A DNA stretch of 64,000 nucleotides, from NCBI RefSeq assembly GCF_002113885.1, contig NW_018408827.1, positions 250,051-314,050 of the forward strand, in the 5' to 3' direction. Shown here one piece after another: positions 50,901 to 64,000 of the stretch (positions within the stretch are counted from its first letter, which is position 1; every line of letters begins with the position of its first letter). The position numbers were made by a program, and so were the translations under genes. The notes beneath the pieces were generated by a model. It saw only the letters and a list, made by a program, of their open reading frames with translations. It was not told the origin of the DNA and searched no databases. This DNA comes from Mizuhopecten yessoensis (taxonomy: Eukaryota).

Positions 50901-53900
50901 AGCACCTTAAGACCCTTCCATCTATGAAGAGTATTTGATTCTACCATATCTGGGTCTTGAGAAGAAGATTTTTGAAATTTCAGTCAATTCAACCCTTTTT
51001 GGCCCCACCCATCAGCCCCTGGGGGTCAGTCAGGGCTCATAGGTGCATACTATCAAACTGCTACCTAATACTGATAATGCTAACCCAAATTGAATTACTT
51101 CCAATGGAAATTAAACAAATGTTGGTCCAAAATGTGATTTCCCTATATAAACTATAGTAAAGTTTACCCCCTCCCCAGGGGGAAACGTGAGACCCCAGGG
51201 TCAAGAAATTCACAATTTCAGTAAAGCACCTTAAGACCCTTCCATCTATGAAGAGTATTTGATTCTACCATATCTGGGTCTTGAGAAGAAGATTTTTGAA
51301 ATTTTAGTCAATTCGACCCTTTTTGGCCCCGCCCCTCAGGCCCCTGGGGGCGTAGGACTAAACCGGCAACTATTTTTGTTGACCTTTGTCCATGGAAGGT
51401 CCCTGCAAAATTTCATTGCAATTGGTTCAGGGGTTTTGGAGAAGAAGATTTTTGAAATTTTAGTCAATTTGACCCCTTTTGGCCCCGCCCCTCAGGCCCC
51501 TGGGGGCGTAGGCCTAACCGGCAACTCTTTTTGTTGACCTTTGTCCATGGAAGGTCCCTGCAAAATTTCATTGAAATTGGTTCAGGTGTTTTGGAGAAGA
51601 AGTCGAAAATGTAAATTGTTTACGGACAGACGACGGACGAAAGGCGATCGCAATAGGTCACTTGAGACTTTGTCTCAAGTGACCTTAAAATGCATATACT
51701 TATGGGTGTAAAAGTGTAAACTTAATTTCCCCAAATATGTTGTTTTATCCTGATTAAAATTTGGTATTCACAGATTAATTGTAAACAAAAAATGCACATC
51801 CTGAAATACTGGATGCGTCAACCCAGATTTTAAAGTGTATATTTGTAAAAGCTGAAATTCTTGAACACTCTTTAAAACAAATGATCATCACTTTTTGTTC
51901 AAGTTCACATTATACAAAAGGTCCTGACTATAACCTTTAACTCCCTGACCATAACCTGTAACTCACCTGAAGACCCATTGGAGTATTGTTAGCTTTTGTG
52001 TTGTAGTTCCAGTTCTCCACCAGTTTGTCCACGTTACCGGAGCAGATATAACACAGACTAGCGTACATTGATAGGTTACCAGCCCGCTCTGACTCCAGGC
52101 GAGTTGCAAGAGTGTCTGTCAAATGATTACAAAATATTAGAATGGTCTTTCACTGTGAAGGTTTCTATATATATAGTATTCAGAGTTGAATTTTTCTAAA
52201 GATATACCATATTTTTTGTTACATTTCATTATTACTAGGGCTAATTCAAGAATTATACCAAGGATGTTTCTCCATATTATCTGAGGTCAAATTAGAATTT
52301 GTACCAATTCGACTTTTATGTTTCTTTTGAAATGTGCTCAGTTTTAGGACGGCTGCAATATTGAGATGCTTAAATTTTTGTCTAATACTATATATGTTAT
52401 CAAAGTGTAAAATATTCTTTTAACCAAACTCAACAGATTTTCCCAATTTGTAGAGTTTATATTTACCACAGGTAATACAAAAACTTTCATCACCATAAAA
52501 CATAACTTTTTTAACAACTATTTATATTGAAAAATTAAAACTCACCACATAGAGAAACAAATTCGTCCTGTGATGCGTAAGTTAGTATGAGAGCCAAAGC
52601 CTCTTTCCAGTTGTCTAGGTTACACGTCTGTATGATGTGTGACCAGTTGTGAGTCACCACTGATGATATTAACTGTAACCATGACAATATAATTTCTTTA
52701 TTATCTCAATGTCAAATGTAATAATTAATTTCTGTATTATCTGTTGTATCAATTCAAAAGTATGTGTACCAATATCATATTAAAGATTGAGATCATCCGA
52801 TTGTTTGTATCCACCGTAGAATATGGTATCACAATCATACTTCATGATTCAAATACAATGCTAGAAATACCTATCATTATGAGAAATAATGTATTGTTTA
52901 ATACACCACTTTCCTGACAAGACAAAATGTTTGTGTTTTAAGCAAAAAGGGTACTTTCTGTGTGTTAAGACACAACATCAGCCAGGTTTATTAAGATAAT
53001 GTTCACTGAAGACTAAATTCAATGTGAATACATACTCTGCCTAGACTGCTCTTGTTTTTCTTGAAGTACGTTTTCTGAGTACGGCTAAGGAGGTCTGGAC
53101 CGCCAGCAATAGCTAGGAGGACTGCCTCAGCCATCTTGTCCTCACTCAGACAGATGTCCACCGCCGCTTCAAAGTTCCCCATCAATAATGCCTGGCTCAG
53201 CAGACCATCAGCATCTTAAATCAAACAAATTAACAATGAAATAAATTAAAATAAATAGACACATTTTTATTCAAACAAGTGACATTGTTTAAAGATCTAA
53301 CATTTTCTTTAACAATGTACGGCAGAAAAAAAAGGTGTCAGATGATTGATTCACAGGTAAACAAGATTTTACTCATGTGTAATTTAATGATCAAACATAT
53401 TGACTAAACTTGACTGAAACTAGCCATAAAAATCAACAAGCAAAAATTCAACTTTCAACTTTTTTTTACAGAAAGACAAAACATGTTTAAATGGATGTAA
53501 TGATATTTTGACCAAGCTGATATTTTTGGTCAGAAAATTCATCAATTGAAATCTTAAAATGATGTTAATCACTATCAGAACAATAAAAGTACTAAAATGA
53601 GAAGTTTCCTCACAATCAAATTGCTTTTTGGGACATAATGATTTAAGCCTGTCATACAATGTAAGAAATAATATTTGATGGTGCAAGACATTACCTCCAT
53701 CTGAAGGTATATTAAGAGGTGACTGGGGTCGTTCCTTTTCCTTCTGGTGAGCAGCTATATCATCAAAGGCAGATAACTCATCCCCACTTCCAGGAGTCTG
53801 ATAAAAGCAAACCCACAAATGTGGAATGGCTATAGGAAAATGTTGAACCTTTAATCTTGTATAAATATTGAATATTTCAATTGTTTAATTAGAAAAATGA

Positions 53901-56900
53901 GCTCTACTTAAACATCAATCAGTGTGCAAGAACAATATTACCATAATCAACTTTTTGTGTGAAAGTTCTGACCAATTGAATGCATATACACTATACACTT
54001 GTATGCTAGCTTCATTTATCAAATCATAATTACTGAATAACAAATCTGTTTCAACTGCCATCAACATTTCCTGCGTATGTATAATGTATATTTTCTTACT
54101 GAAGAATATTGTTTACAATTGAAATATGAATATGTCACTTGAGTTAGAAATTTGTTTGAGGTTCAAGTCAAAAATCACACTTTTTTTTTGTATTTGCTTG
54201 TATGATGGCAATTTTTTAAAGTTATATTTCAACCATAATGCTAGATTTGCTTTTTACAAAACGTTTTTTTACTTTTTGATCCTATACAATATGGAACAAC
54301 AACCAAAATCTGACTGACGGTGAAGAAAATACAACAGGACTCCTTTCTTATCAACAAAATAAATCTTTTCTGAAGCACTATCTAAAAGTAAATGTTACAA
54401 CAAGTTAAATTTGAATCCTTTTAAAGTAAAATGCAGGCATGCAACAAGCAGGATTAAATACACATAAATGTTCCACAGTAAAATTAGGGATTCCACCACC
54501 TTCATCACACACCCGTATCCATGCAAGACTACTATTTCATTCACAATATTGGACAAGATGGAAAGATTTCCAAGATGTTACATATAGGATCTAACATGAG
54601 TTTCCATTTCATATGAGATTTATGAAACAAGTCTAAGATTTTTTTTAATTTAGCGAGCCTCTGAAGAGCTAACATGAACAAGAGGCCCATGGGCCTTAAC
54701 TTAACGGTCACCTGATATATTTATACAGAGAGTTGATTTTGTTTTTAACACGAACAGAAATATTATTCAATGACAAAAAACAATAAAACCACCTTATTCA
54801 ATATCTAGCATACAGATTTAAGACTAAAAAGTATTTGAGACTAGCACCTCTGATTCTAAACAAGGAAAATGAAGAAATTTTAGCACACTGACTCCTTTGG
54901 GCCCCACCCTACAGCCCTTGGGGCTATGGCTGGCTCAAAATTTTCAAAGTATCAAACTGTCAACTCAGGGTTATAATTCCAATCTCAAGTTATTAACATG
55001 TAATATTCAAAGTATCATTTGCCATTATAACCATAATAAATTTTGCTGGTATGTGCTTATTATCAAGCTGCTACCTGATTTCCGAATATAAACTATAGTA
55101 AAGTTTACCCCCTCCACAGGGGGAAACGTGAGACCCCAGGGTCAAGAAATTCACAATTCTGGAAAAGCACCTTAAGACCCTGCCATCTTTGAAGAGTATT
55201 TGATTCTACCATATCTGGGTCTTGAGAAGAAGATTTTTGAAATTTTAGTCAATTTGACCCTTTTTGGCCCCGCCCCTCAGGCCCCTGGGGGCCGGGGACC
55301 AAACCGGCAACTATTTTTGTTGACCTTTGGCCATGGAAGGTTTCTGCAAAGTTTCATTGAAATTGGTTCAGGGGTTTTGGAGAAGAAGTGGAAAATGTAA
55401 ATTGTTTACGGACGCACGACGGACAAAAGGCGATTGCAATAGGTCACTTGGGACTTTGTCTCAGGTGACCTAAAAATTCTTGACAAGTTTCATAAATTTC
55501 ATATGAAATGAAAACGAGTGTAAAATTGAGACTTTGTCTCAGGTGACCTAAAAATTCTTGACAAGTTTCATAAATTTCATATGAAATGAAAACGAGTGTA
55601 AAATTCTTTTTAACAAATAATCAAGATTTGTGTCATTTATTTGTGAAACTGGACAATTTTCATGCAACCTCAAAATGTAAAAAGCCGCGATTTTGACTAC
55701 AGTGTTCATGTGGAAGTCTGCGACGTCATGTACTTGTCCTAGGCATGACGTCACATTTGAAACAATTGAAACTTACAGCCAATCACAGGGCTGATAGGTC
55801 ATATTAGAGGGATTAATACACAAAAAAATATGACATGGGTATTTTCACTGGATAACACAGTACATTATGTGATAATATATTATATGTGCTAAATAAAGGA
55901 TTTGTTTTATAACTGTTCTTATAAGCTATTTGTTGCATAGCACCTTATCATTTCTCTCCATTTTTGTGATGGCTGGATAACTGGGACAGTTTTGTGGAGA
56001 CAACAATTACCAAATCCACTGACTGTTTAGGAGGTAACATTGTTTGGTGCCCCCCCCCCCCCCCTGGTGGGTGGTGAAAAGTAAAAAAAAAAAAGAGAAG
56101 AATCTTTGATTTAAAGAGAAATTTCGTCTTAGAACTTTCTTCCTACTCTGACCATAATCCACCATATCATGAAGTAATAGAACTGCTGAAATAGAACTGC
56201 TGAATATCTATGTCACCTTGTGAAATTGCTGACAGAAATCAATAAACTATGGCAAGTTCTTTAAATTTAACACTGCAGAGTATACAGCATCGGTCAAATC
56301 ACAGAATACCAACTTTTAAGAATGGCTTTAGTGAAAGAGGGAATTCTAAGAGAGCAATGAGACCCCAATAGAACAGGAGTACCAGAACCAAGTGGTCTGA
56401 CCCACCTTCTTATTCTGTGCAGCTATGTCATCAAATACAGAAGATGCTGACGAGTTGAACTCATCTCGACTAACAGGTGTCTGTATCACAGAAACAGGTG
56501 AACAAAAATTTAAATGGAAATTAACTATTTACAATAAAACTAGGTCATCAACTATACAATGATATTTCCTGACAAAATTGTAGACTGATTTTTCTCTTAT
56601 AAAGTGTGTTTGTTTTTTCTTGTGTTTATCAATCATGCAAATATAAGTTACTACAAAGATGATTAAATATATTAACGTGACACAGCAGGCTTTTAAATAT
56701 TTCACAAAGATAAACACAATGGGTTATGCACAATATTTAACACTACATGCTATGAAAGCTGTTATGTCATCACAGGTACCAGTGTCCACATGAACATTGC
56801 GACACACACATTAAATCAGAAAGTAATTTTGAATGGATAGTCTTAATTAACTTTCTAAACAGTTTTGAAATATACCATACTGCATGACATTTCAAAAATG

Positions 56901-59900
56901 GCTTGAATTTTGTAGAGATAAAGTTGAGGCTTTCCAAAATCAGAAATTTGTGACTTCTTAAATATTATCTTCAAAACAAAGTCATCAAATCTTTTTCACA
57001 AATCTGTCAGACTTAAACTCAAATTTTGTGTCAACCTTTTTTTTATTTGTAGTATATGTGTCCCAATGTGATAAACACATGCTATGTAATGTTAAAGGTA
57101 CTGTGGATTAAATCAACACACAAAACACATCCAGAATACAAAACATGGTTGTACAATTTTGTTCAAATATGCCCAGCATTGCATAAATACACACTATCAA
57201 GCTTTATAAATCCGAAGACTTTTATTTGTAAACAGATTTGAGCAGTCCGTTTCTTGCTGAATATTTCAAAATGTTATATATTTCTATTACGCATCTTCAA
57301 AATTGATTTCGAAGTTCACAACATTTCAAGATTAATATTTAGGAAGAAATATTTTGAAAAGTTTTGGTCCATTTGATAAAGAAAACTAGAAAATGTCTGT
57401 AAGACATGAATGCCCCTGTCACCTTGTGAAATTAGTTTCAGTGTTTGATTTTGATGTTTGAAGGGACGGGACGGACATGGGCAACACTATACGACCCCCC
57501 CCCCCTCCTCCTTTTATCGCAGGGGCATAACTAAATGACAGTTGTCAGAATTCAGAAATTGTACTTCCTGGTATCTGTTTACAAAACTATTACACTGCTA
57601 TTACTACAACATAGCAACTAGCTACCATACATATGTAGATATTGTAAAAAGATGGTTGTGTCATAAGTGACCTCACCTTGGAGCCAACGCTTGGAGAAGC
57701 CTGCCCAGAACCTGACAAGCCTCTCTGTAGGTCCTGAAATAATTTACAGTAAAGATGGAGATTTTTCATTTATATCTGTTATATTCCTGCAATGACATAT
57801 CCACAACAAAAAAGACATAATTATTTTCTTTGAAGATGGTTGAATTTTTTTTAAAACACGACAAAACAAAGAATCTATTTAATACAATATTTGTTGGGGT
57901 TTATTTCTTATGTATTTAAATCCTTGTGGTTGCTTCAAGTACATTATAGTTAAGATTTTACAAATTCATGTAAATACAGAAAGCAGCTGAGAATAAGGAT
58001 TAGACAGAGATACACAACAATGGTGATGTTGACACGAATAAATAACTTACCACTGTGTCCAGGAGAGACATTTTCTGTGCAAGCTCAGAGGCGTCAACAC
58101 CTTGACCAACACTTGAATCGTCTCCTGATGCATGCTGTGCAACCTAACAAAGAAATAAGAGATTAAAACTCCCAGAAAGGTCATGATTAAGCCCAGAACT
58201 TGCAGAAAGAAAAAGACATCCACTATTTGTTTACAAAGTAAGATTTATGTTGTATTAAAACTGACATCTTCATTTTATTGTATCCAGTTTAAGTAAATCT
58301 TCCTGCAAACTGCTTATGGGGCAATTTTTGTTGTGTAATATAAGCAAATAATTATGTACATGCAATATATCATCTGGCAGCAGCATTACTTACACAAAGA
58401 AATTGATATTAAAAGTTCATTTTAATTTGTAGTTTGAAAATTCAATATGTGAAATGTTAGCATATTTCCAACAAAAAGATATGTATTACATGTACATACC
58501 TTTTGAAAAGGTTTTAAATGTGAAAATTTCCACACATGAAAATTTCAATTTTTTGATCACCTGTCAAGTCAGCACTCCACTCACTCACATTAGTAATTTA
58601 AGCCATGTCCAGCATTGGCTCTAGCTCATTTCTTTATCAAAATTAAATTAATGACATTTTTGATCAATATTTTTTATTATTTTTATTATACTACTTCACT
58701 GGAAATGGAATTTCAACATATTCCTCACTGTAACAAATTCATGGTTTGTTCAGCAAAATATGAAAAGAAAACGTTTTTGAATCTTCTTTTAATTAAAGGA
58801 TGAAATCAAAAATGAAAGGACTGAACATAATTCTTTTAAAAGTTAGATAAGGTAGAAAATTCCAGTACCCAAATGATGATTTTTTTTTATCATAAAGCTA
58901 TTCAAAACATTGTTCAGCCCTAAAAACTGAAGGAATACAGGATCATATTTTCCCCCTGAGATTTTCTACCTTTTTAGCCAGATCTGTTTTGTCGTATCCC
59001 AGCAACTGTATGTAGTGTTCTCTTGGTTCCTTTTCAAAATTCACCTGAAATTGTGAACAAAAAATGCTTGTATATTATCGGACTGGATGAAGAAATATAA
59101 AATTATTTGAAAACAAAATAAACATGGTATCACAAAGATCCTCCCCAATTTGTCAAGTGTGACCCCTGACCCTTTAACCTTGACATGTGACACCACTTGA
59201 CCCTTTAACCTTGACTCCGACCTCCAAATCTAACAAGGATTAAATCTTGACACCATCATACAACAGTATTTAGATACCAACTAAATTTGTTACAAAGGTA
59301 GTACAATATTTTTTCACAAGCTGTTTACTTTAAAAGTGGTCAAGTATGACCTTTGATTTTTTAACATTGACCAATAATCATCAAATCTAATCCAGTGTCA
59401 ATGTTTCCATAATATGGTGTAAATATCTACAAAATTTGTTAAGGGGTTTGTATGACATCTTTTACATAAAACCTCTAATTCAAAGTTGTCCAGAGTGACC
59501 TTTGACCCTTTAGCATTACTGAATAATCACTGAAATCTTATGAAGTTTAGAATTTGATGAAACAATAATATGATGTAAATATAGATAAAATATGATATAT
59601 TTTGTATACTAAATGTTCACGATGGATGGATGCTTGTATTGACAAAGCAATTACTATATATATATACCCCTTACTCAAATGGGTGGTAAAATCATTGAGA
59701 ATACATTACATATATTTCGCTGTTTAAAGACTTATAGCTGTGAGACCTTTTTGAAAAGTACATCAGCTAACGGTGAAGTGAAAATTCTAATACAAACCCT
59801 CAAAAAGTTCCAAATACTCTCTTGCATTGTGTCTTGACAGTTGGCTGCCTTCATAGCACAGAACTCCACATACTGTCCGTTTATCAGCGCCTGCTCCAGC

Positions 59901-62344
59901 TGGGATGAGCATGTGATCAGATCAGTTTCCGTGACAACCTGGCTAATGAAAACCTCCCTAGGTGGCGCTGGCTGTTGTGATGAAGGCTGTGCCTTTGATC
60001 CGTCAAATGATACTAATTTGCCGCCAAACTGTGCGAAAAACATATCGGTATAAAATCTAACATTCAATGATTGGAAACAAATTAATATGTTCAGGATTTG
60101 ATAATTCTTGAATGTAGCTTTAATGATTTAATATAAAAATACATGTAAACCTCTCTTTAAGAAATTATATTAAAATAAAGTGAAAATATTTTGTTTTGTG
60201 GTGAGTGTCACACTAAAATGTTATAATCTTTTTTTTATCAGACACACAACAGCCACTAACGTCTGTTTTTATTGTATTTTTTTATGCATTTTAAAAGATG
60301 TTCTTTCCAAACATATCAATATTTATACTTACAGCAAAGGAGGCCCCACACGGTCGCCGGAGCCACTTTGGTGCTTTTTGTAGTGGCACCACATCAGCCT
60401 GCTGCATGGCCTGACTGACAGCCCCCTGAGCGAACGGGTCATTGGTATTGAAAGATTCAGCTACCTACAGCATCAGAAAACGGGAACATTGGGCAAATAT
60501 TTCATAATACTTAACCAATTGACATTAGTGCTGAAATTGAACAAATACTTCAGTAGGAAATAAAATAATTTTTAAATAAGTCTACTGACCTTATTGGATT
60601 GCTGTACCGGATGACCTCCACCCATTAAAGTGTACATTGTCACATGACCATCAAAGGATGAGCTAGAAATGATAGCTGGATTTCTGGGACACCACTGGAC
60701 ATCAAAACTCCACTGAGTACTTGTCGGCAGCTCATAAACAACCTATATTAACACAGATAACAGTGTATTGTTTTCCTTTCTGGATGAGGGTGAACGGAAA
60801 GAGGATGGTAACATGAATCAAATTTCCTGTCTTCATTTACCATATTTATTGAGGATATATCAATAAATTTAACTAATTTTCTTTCACTAGCATATAAAGA
60901 GAGTTTAAATGAATCTGTGTTTAATGAAACTAAAACTTTGAAAATAAAATTTGATATTCTTTTTAAACTGTTTAAGTAACATTTTCACGATTATGGTAAG
61001 TAATATATAAACCTTCCAAATGGAATATTTGAAAACCAGTACAATGTACCTTTCAAATTTTCAAAATTTTGTAATGGTTTCACCTTTTCCAGTACAGGTA
61101 TATAAATTACACACATTTCTTTCTAACTAGAACAAAACCATACATCAATTTTTTATATTGCACACTCATATTATTTTCGTGTGAAAAGTATGTAGTGCAT
61201 ATACTGAACTTCAGACAAACTCTATTCTGGACATACAACTTCTGATGCAGATAAAGTAATAAACACTGTCAAGTGTACAAACCTCTCCATCAGGTTTGTT
61301 ACTATTAGGGTTCCAACATAGAATTCTGTTATCTTTCCCACAGCTCAGTAGCAAGTCAGAATCTTGGGCACACCACGCAATATCTAACACACCTCTGAAA
61401 CATTTTAAGTTAACAATTTAAAGTAACAGTAACATTAATTATAAATGAAGTGAAGAGGACAAAAACCCTGATTGTCTCAAATCTATAGCTATCACTCAAT
61501 CTTTTTTAATTGTTTACTTATCATGATGTTGTGAATGACATAAATACCGGTATATCCTCATATCAATCAATCTTGGGATTTCTTTCTTCAAATTCAACAT
61601 TCAACATTTTTATGTACCTTATAGGAAATTAGATGTAAAAGGATAACTTATGGGGTCCAAGACTTACTTTCATTGAGAGGAGAGTTTTGCGCATTGGATT
61701 TGTCATGACTGCATAACCAGGTTTGAGTACTTACCGTTTGTGGTTCTCAAAGGCTTTGAGTGGAGATGTAGCGTAGCGGAGGTCCCAGAGTTGTATAATT
61801 GGTGTATGGTCATCTTCAGAAGACAGGCACAGTTGAGTTGCAACCTCTGGGTGCCAAGCTACAGACTTACTCTTCATCTGCAATAACAAAGGATGGTGAC
61901 ACACTGTTACATAAATTGAACTTACAGTTACAAGATTAACAGAAAAGCTAAACTTATTAACATGAAGTTTCTATTACAAACATATATTATAGCTTCTTTA
62001 TTATGTAGCAGTTAGGAGTTCTACACGAGGGTTTAGATCTTAAGTCTTAAGGTGCGAAATGTTATCTTTCCAAGTCAGAAAGTGATTTCATCAGCAAACC
62101 TTTACAAAACTGTATTATGAAAAGGTCATGAAGATTCTAGATCAAATCAAAAATAATTTCTGTTCAATTAATTTGATCTAAAATTCTAAGGAACCCTCTA
62201 ACTTACCCGTGACATGCTCTCACTAATCTTAATGATGGGTTCATTTTTGCGGAGGTCCCAGACAACACAGCGGGCGGTGAATGTGGAGGCCAAAATATGC
62301 TGGACTTGTTGATTCCATGCCACACATGCTACCTCTTCTGGTGG
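44980..62344 (-). CDS. SEC31A: Protein transport protein Sec31A (COPII outer coat), 5'-partial, 23 exons in window
   Basis: GT-AG exons with compatible phases: 62344-62207, 61877-61735, 61394-61283, 60742-60590, 60464-60333, 60028-59798, 59044-58970, 58143-58051, 57733-57677, 56480-56406, 53797-53695, 53214-53036, 52672-52546, 52115-51967, 50254-50084, 49779-49371, 48658-48511, 47850-47768, 47236-47100, 46421-46260, 45981-45847, 45621-45550, 45174-44980. Diagnostic peptides: WD40 [62 protein letters not shown]; [22 protein letters not shown]; [14 protein letters not shown]; [12 protein letters not shown]; AWNDPP; [19 protein letters not shown]; [13 protein letters not shown]. Confidence 0.95.
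47572..47675. repeat. Two-copy ~51-bp degenerate tandem repeat in a SEC31A intron
   Basis: tacct.ga...tatacctgga.t.taag..tgaagtcatatg is repeated. Confidence 0.6.
48325..48393. repeat. Perfect 28-bp inverted repeat with a 13-nt loop in a SEC31A intron
   Basis: taaacagtactacaactatctgaggaaa / tttcctcagatagttgtagtactgttta. Confidence 0.9.
48727..48872. mobile_element. Small MITE-like element
   Basis: Imperfect TIRs ggccccaagttcatgaaacgatctt / aagattgttttatgatcccagggcc, an internal gccaatcac/gtgattggc inversion and a possible CAG target duplication. Confidence 0.55.
50347..51690 (-). mobile_element. Full-length HINE/pearl-type (Helentron-associated) non-autonomous element in a SEC31A intron
   Basis: One end has the hairpin aggtcacttgagactttgtctcaagtgacct plus a gacg/acgg microsatellite. 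The other end has a subterminal ggtcacctga and the palindrome aggcccatgggcct next to an A/T run. Internal tandem units of ~324 bp and ~157 bp. No ORF. Confidence 0.85.
54583..55875. mobile_element. Older hairpin-type interspersed element split by the HINE insertion
   Basis: Arms gtttccatttcatatgagatttatgaaacaagtctaagattttt (54600-54645) and aaaaattcttgacaagtttcataaatttcatatgaaatgaaaac (55472-55515) are reverse complements on either side of the HINE. Outer boundaries are approximate. Confidence 0.5.
54677..55475 (-). mobile_element. Shorter HINE/pearl-type copy nested in an older hairpin element
   Basis: Same two termini as 50347-51690 but fewer internal units. Confidence 0.85.
57385..57531 (-). 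mobile_element. Miniature HINE-like deletion derivative
   Basis: atgcccc near one end and ggggcat near the other, with a ggacgggacggac microsatellite, in only ~145 bp. Confidence 0.45.
59130..59640. repeat. Old degenerate interspersed repeat with tgacc(c/t)ttgac units
   Basis: Repeated tgaccctttaaccttgac / tgacctttgac motifs and a gatggatgga tract. A similar decayed element lies at ~46480-46810. Confidence 0.45.
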
Positions 62345-64000
62345 CTGTAACAAACACACAAAGTCAGATCACATTATTTATTAATAATTAAATATAAACT
62401 CCTTTATAAATGGGTAATTTACTAATTTACACACCTTTTCACAAATTTAAATGTCTTATGATAAATTAAATTGATTCTACAACAACACATTGTACTTTTT
62501 GATGTGACTGCAAGCTTGGATTGCCAACACGAATATTTGTTAAAAAATAAAAATTTCACTGTTGCCACTTTAGCATTTAAATCAGATACGTTACAAGGAC
62601 ACACTGTAAATCTTTGTTCCTTCTTTTTTTTTGCGAATACATAATTCAAGATTATTTTCTTTCCAATGACATATATATATATTCACAAGATCTGAATCTA
62701 CAAAAATAGAATGACTGCAGTGCTACATTTTCCTTTTAAATATTTTCCAAGGTAAATATTAGTGCAATATCTTAAACTGCAATTGACCTTCTGCAAAAGT
62801 TGATGCTGAAATAAGTATATATTGCAATATAAATACATTATTAAGTAACATTAAAAGCTTAGTTTCAAAAGATTTTTTTAACCATCTATATGTGACTTCC
62901 TTTCCAAATTAGAACTTGTCTTTTATCTTAATACAAACACCGTTATTTTTCACTTTAATAAATAATACTGTGCATTTGTTATAAACATATTTATGATCAT
63001 CCAGCACTATCTTTTCAATTTATCTTCACTGAAGGATATTTTAATATTGACCGAAGTTCAGTGAATATTGAAGTTTTATGGGTCAGTGTGTCTTGATTTG
63101 ATACTGTTTCTATGTATTACTAGCTCCGATATCCCATGTGCCCTGTATCTGCCACCACATACACCATCTACTATCACCATCAATGTGCTGTTTTCTTTCT
63201 ATTTCAAATACGACAAAATTGTCATCTCTTAGCTAAGAAAACTTGAATTGCTAGAAAATCTTAAAGTGATTTACCGGTCTGGTTTCTTTTTCTTGGAAGT
63301 ACGTATTTGATTCTTTTATTTTATAATATTGCATAAAAAAAAAAAATCACCCAATTCATTTTCAGGATTTCTTTTGGTTTTATCAACTTGTGAATTTAAA
63401 CAAGATAATAAAAATGTATATGAATGAAATCTAACAATCTTAAAACCATGAATTCAACACTATAACAATTATCTTTTTCGACATTAACATAAAAATAACA
63501 GAGTGTGCTATCAAATATGTATTCAATAATACCTGTACTTGAGTGTACACTGTACATATTTTATCATTTTAGAGGCACCTGTAGCTCATACACATTCGGT
63601 TCCGTTCTCTGATCTGTAAAATCTGGATTATACATAGAGCTAGCACTACAGCTGCTGCAGTACAATATCTGAACATTAGTAATATAGAGGCAGGTTTTGA
63701 ATTTAAAACTTTGTTTTTTGTCTTTCATCAAATTTATTATCATAAATATATACATATATATAATCTTATAATCAATAATAATTACATTACCATAGGTATC
63801 TATCATATGCACACCATGTAATTTAAAACATTTGATTAAATTTTAAAAAGTCAAATAATAAAATTTGTCGCATAATATATACAATAATAATAATCATTAT
63901 GAAAGTGGACTTTAACATATTTTGCATGAACATAATAAACTGAAATCAATAACTGCTTGCGAAACACCTGGAAAAAAGCTGAGTGCCATTGTGCATAAGA

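Noticed and set aside
63564-63812. 82-aa minus-strand ORF or possible extra SEC31A exon ending CAG|gtgcct
   Set aside because: It does not resemble the WD40 segment expected upstream (LLASGA...IWDL...PG), and the best acceptor gives a 35-nt frame-breaking exon.

Overview
AT-rich eukaryotic (animal) genomic DNA, probably a bivalve mollusc; this is inferred from the repeat families only. Positions ~3.4-40 kb hold a tandem cluster of six type-B carboxylesterase (COesterase, alpha/beta-hydrolase) genes, here labelled CE1-CE6. CE1 and CE2 are on the minus strand, CE3-CE6 on the plus strand. All six share one layout: a single ~1.53-1.55 kb coding exon with the signal peptide and the complete Ser-Glu-His triad, a phase-2 intron at W-x-N-F-A-K-x-G, and a small terminal exon. 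Several terminal exons are missing from the ORF track and were reconstructed by hand. They end in different C-terminal signals: ...VVG* (CE1, CE2), ...IVGK* (CE4), a GPI-like hydrophobic tail (CE3), an ER-retrieval-like HQEL* (CE5) and no tail (CE6). CE4 has a 1-bp frameshift in an A-run. Positions ~45-62.3 kb hold 23 phase-compatible coding exons of the COPII outer-coat gene SEC31A (minus strand), whose 5' end lies beyond the window. Intergenic and intronic DNA carries HINE/pearl-type non-autonomous elements, hairpin elements, tRNA-type SINE remnants, a Penelope-like RT fragment and minisatellites. Single-N assembly joins occur at 460, 741, 2144, 8524, 13799, 14607, 16009 and 41547; three of them are flanked by haplotype-like duplications. 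No rRNA, tRNA gene or CRISPR array is supported.
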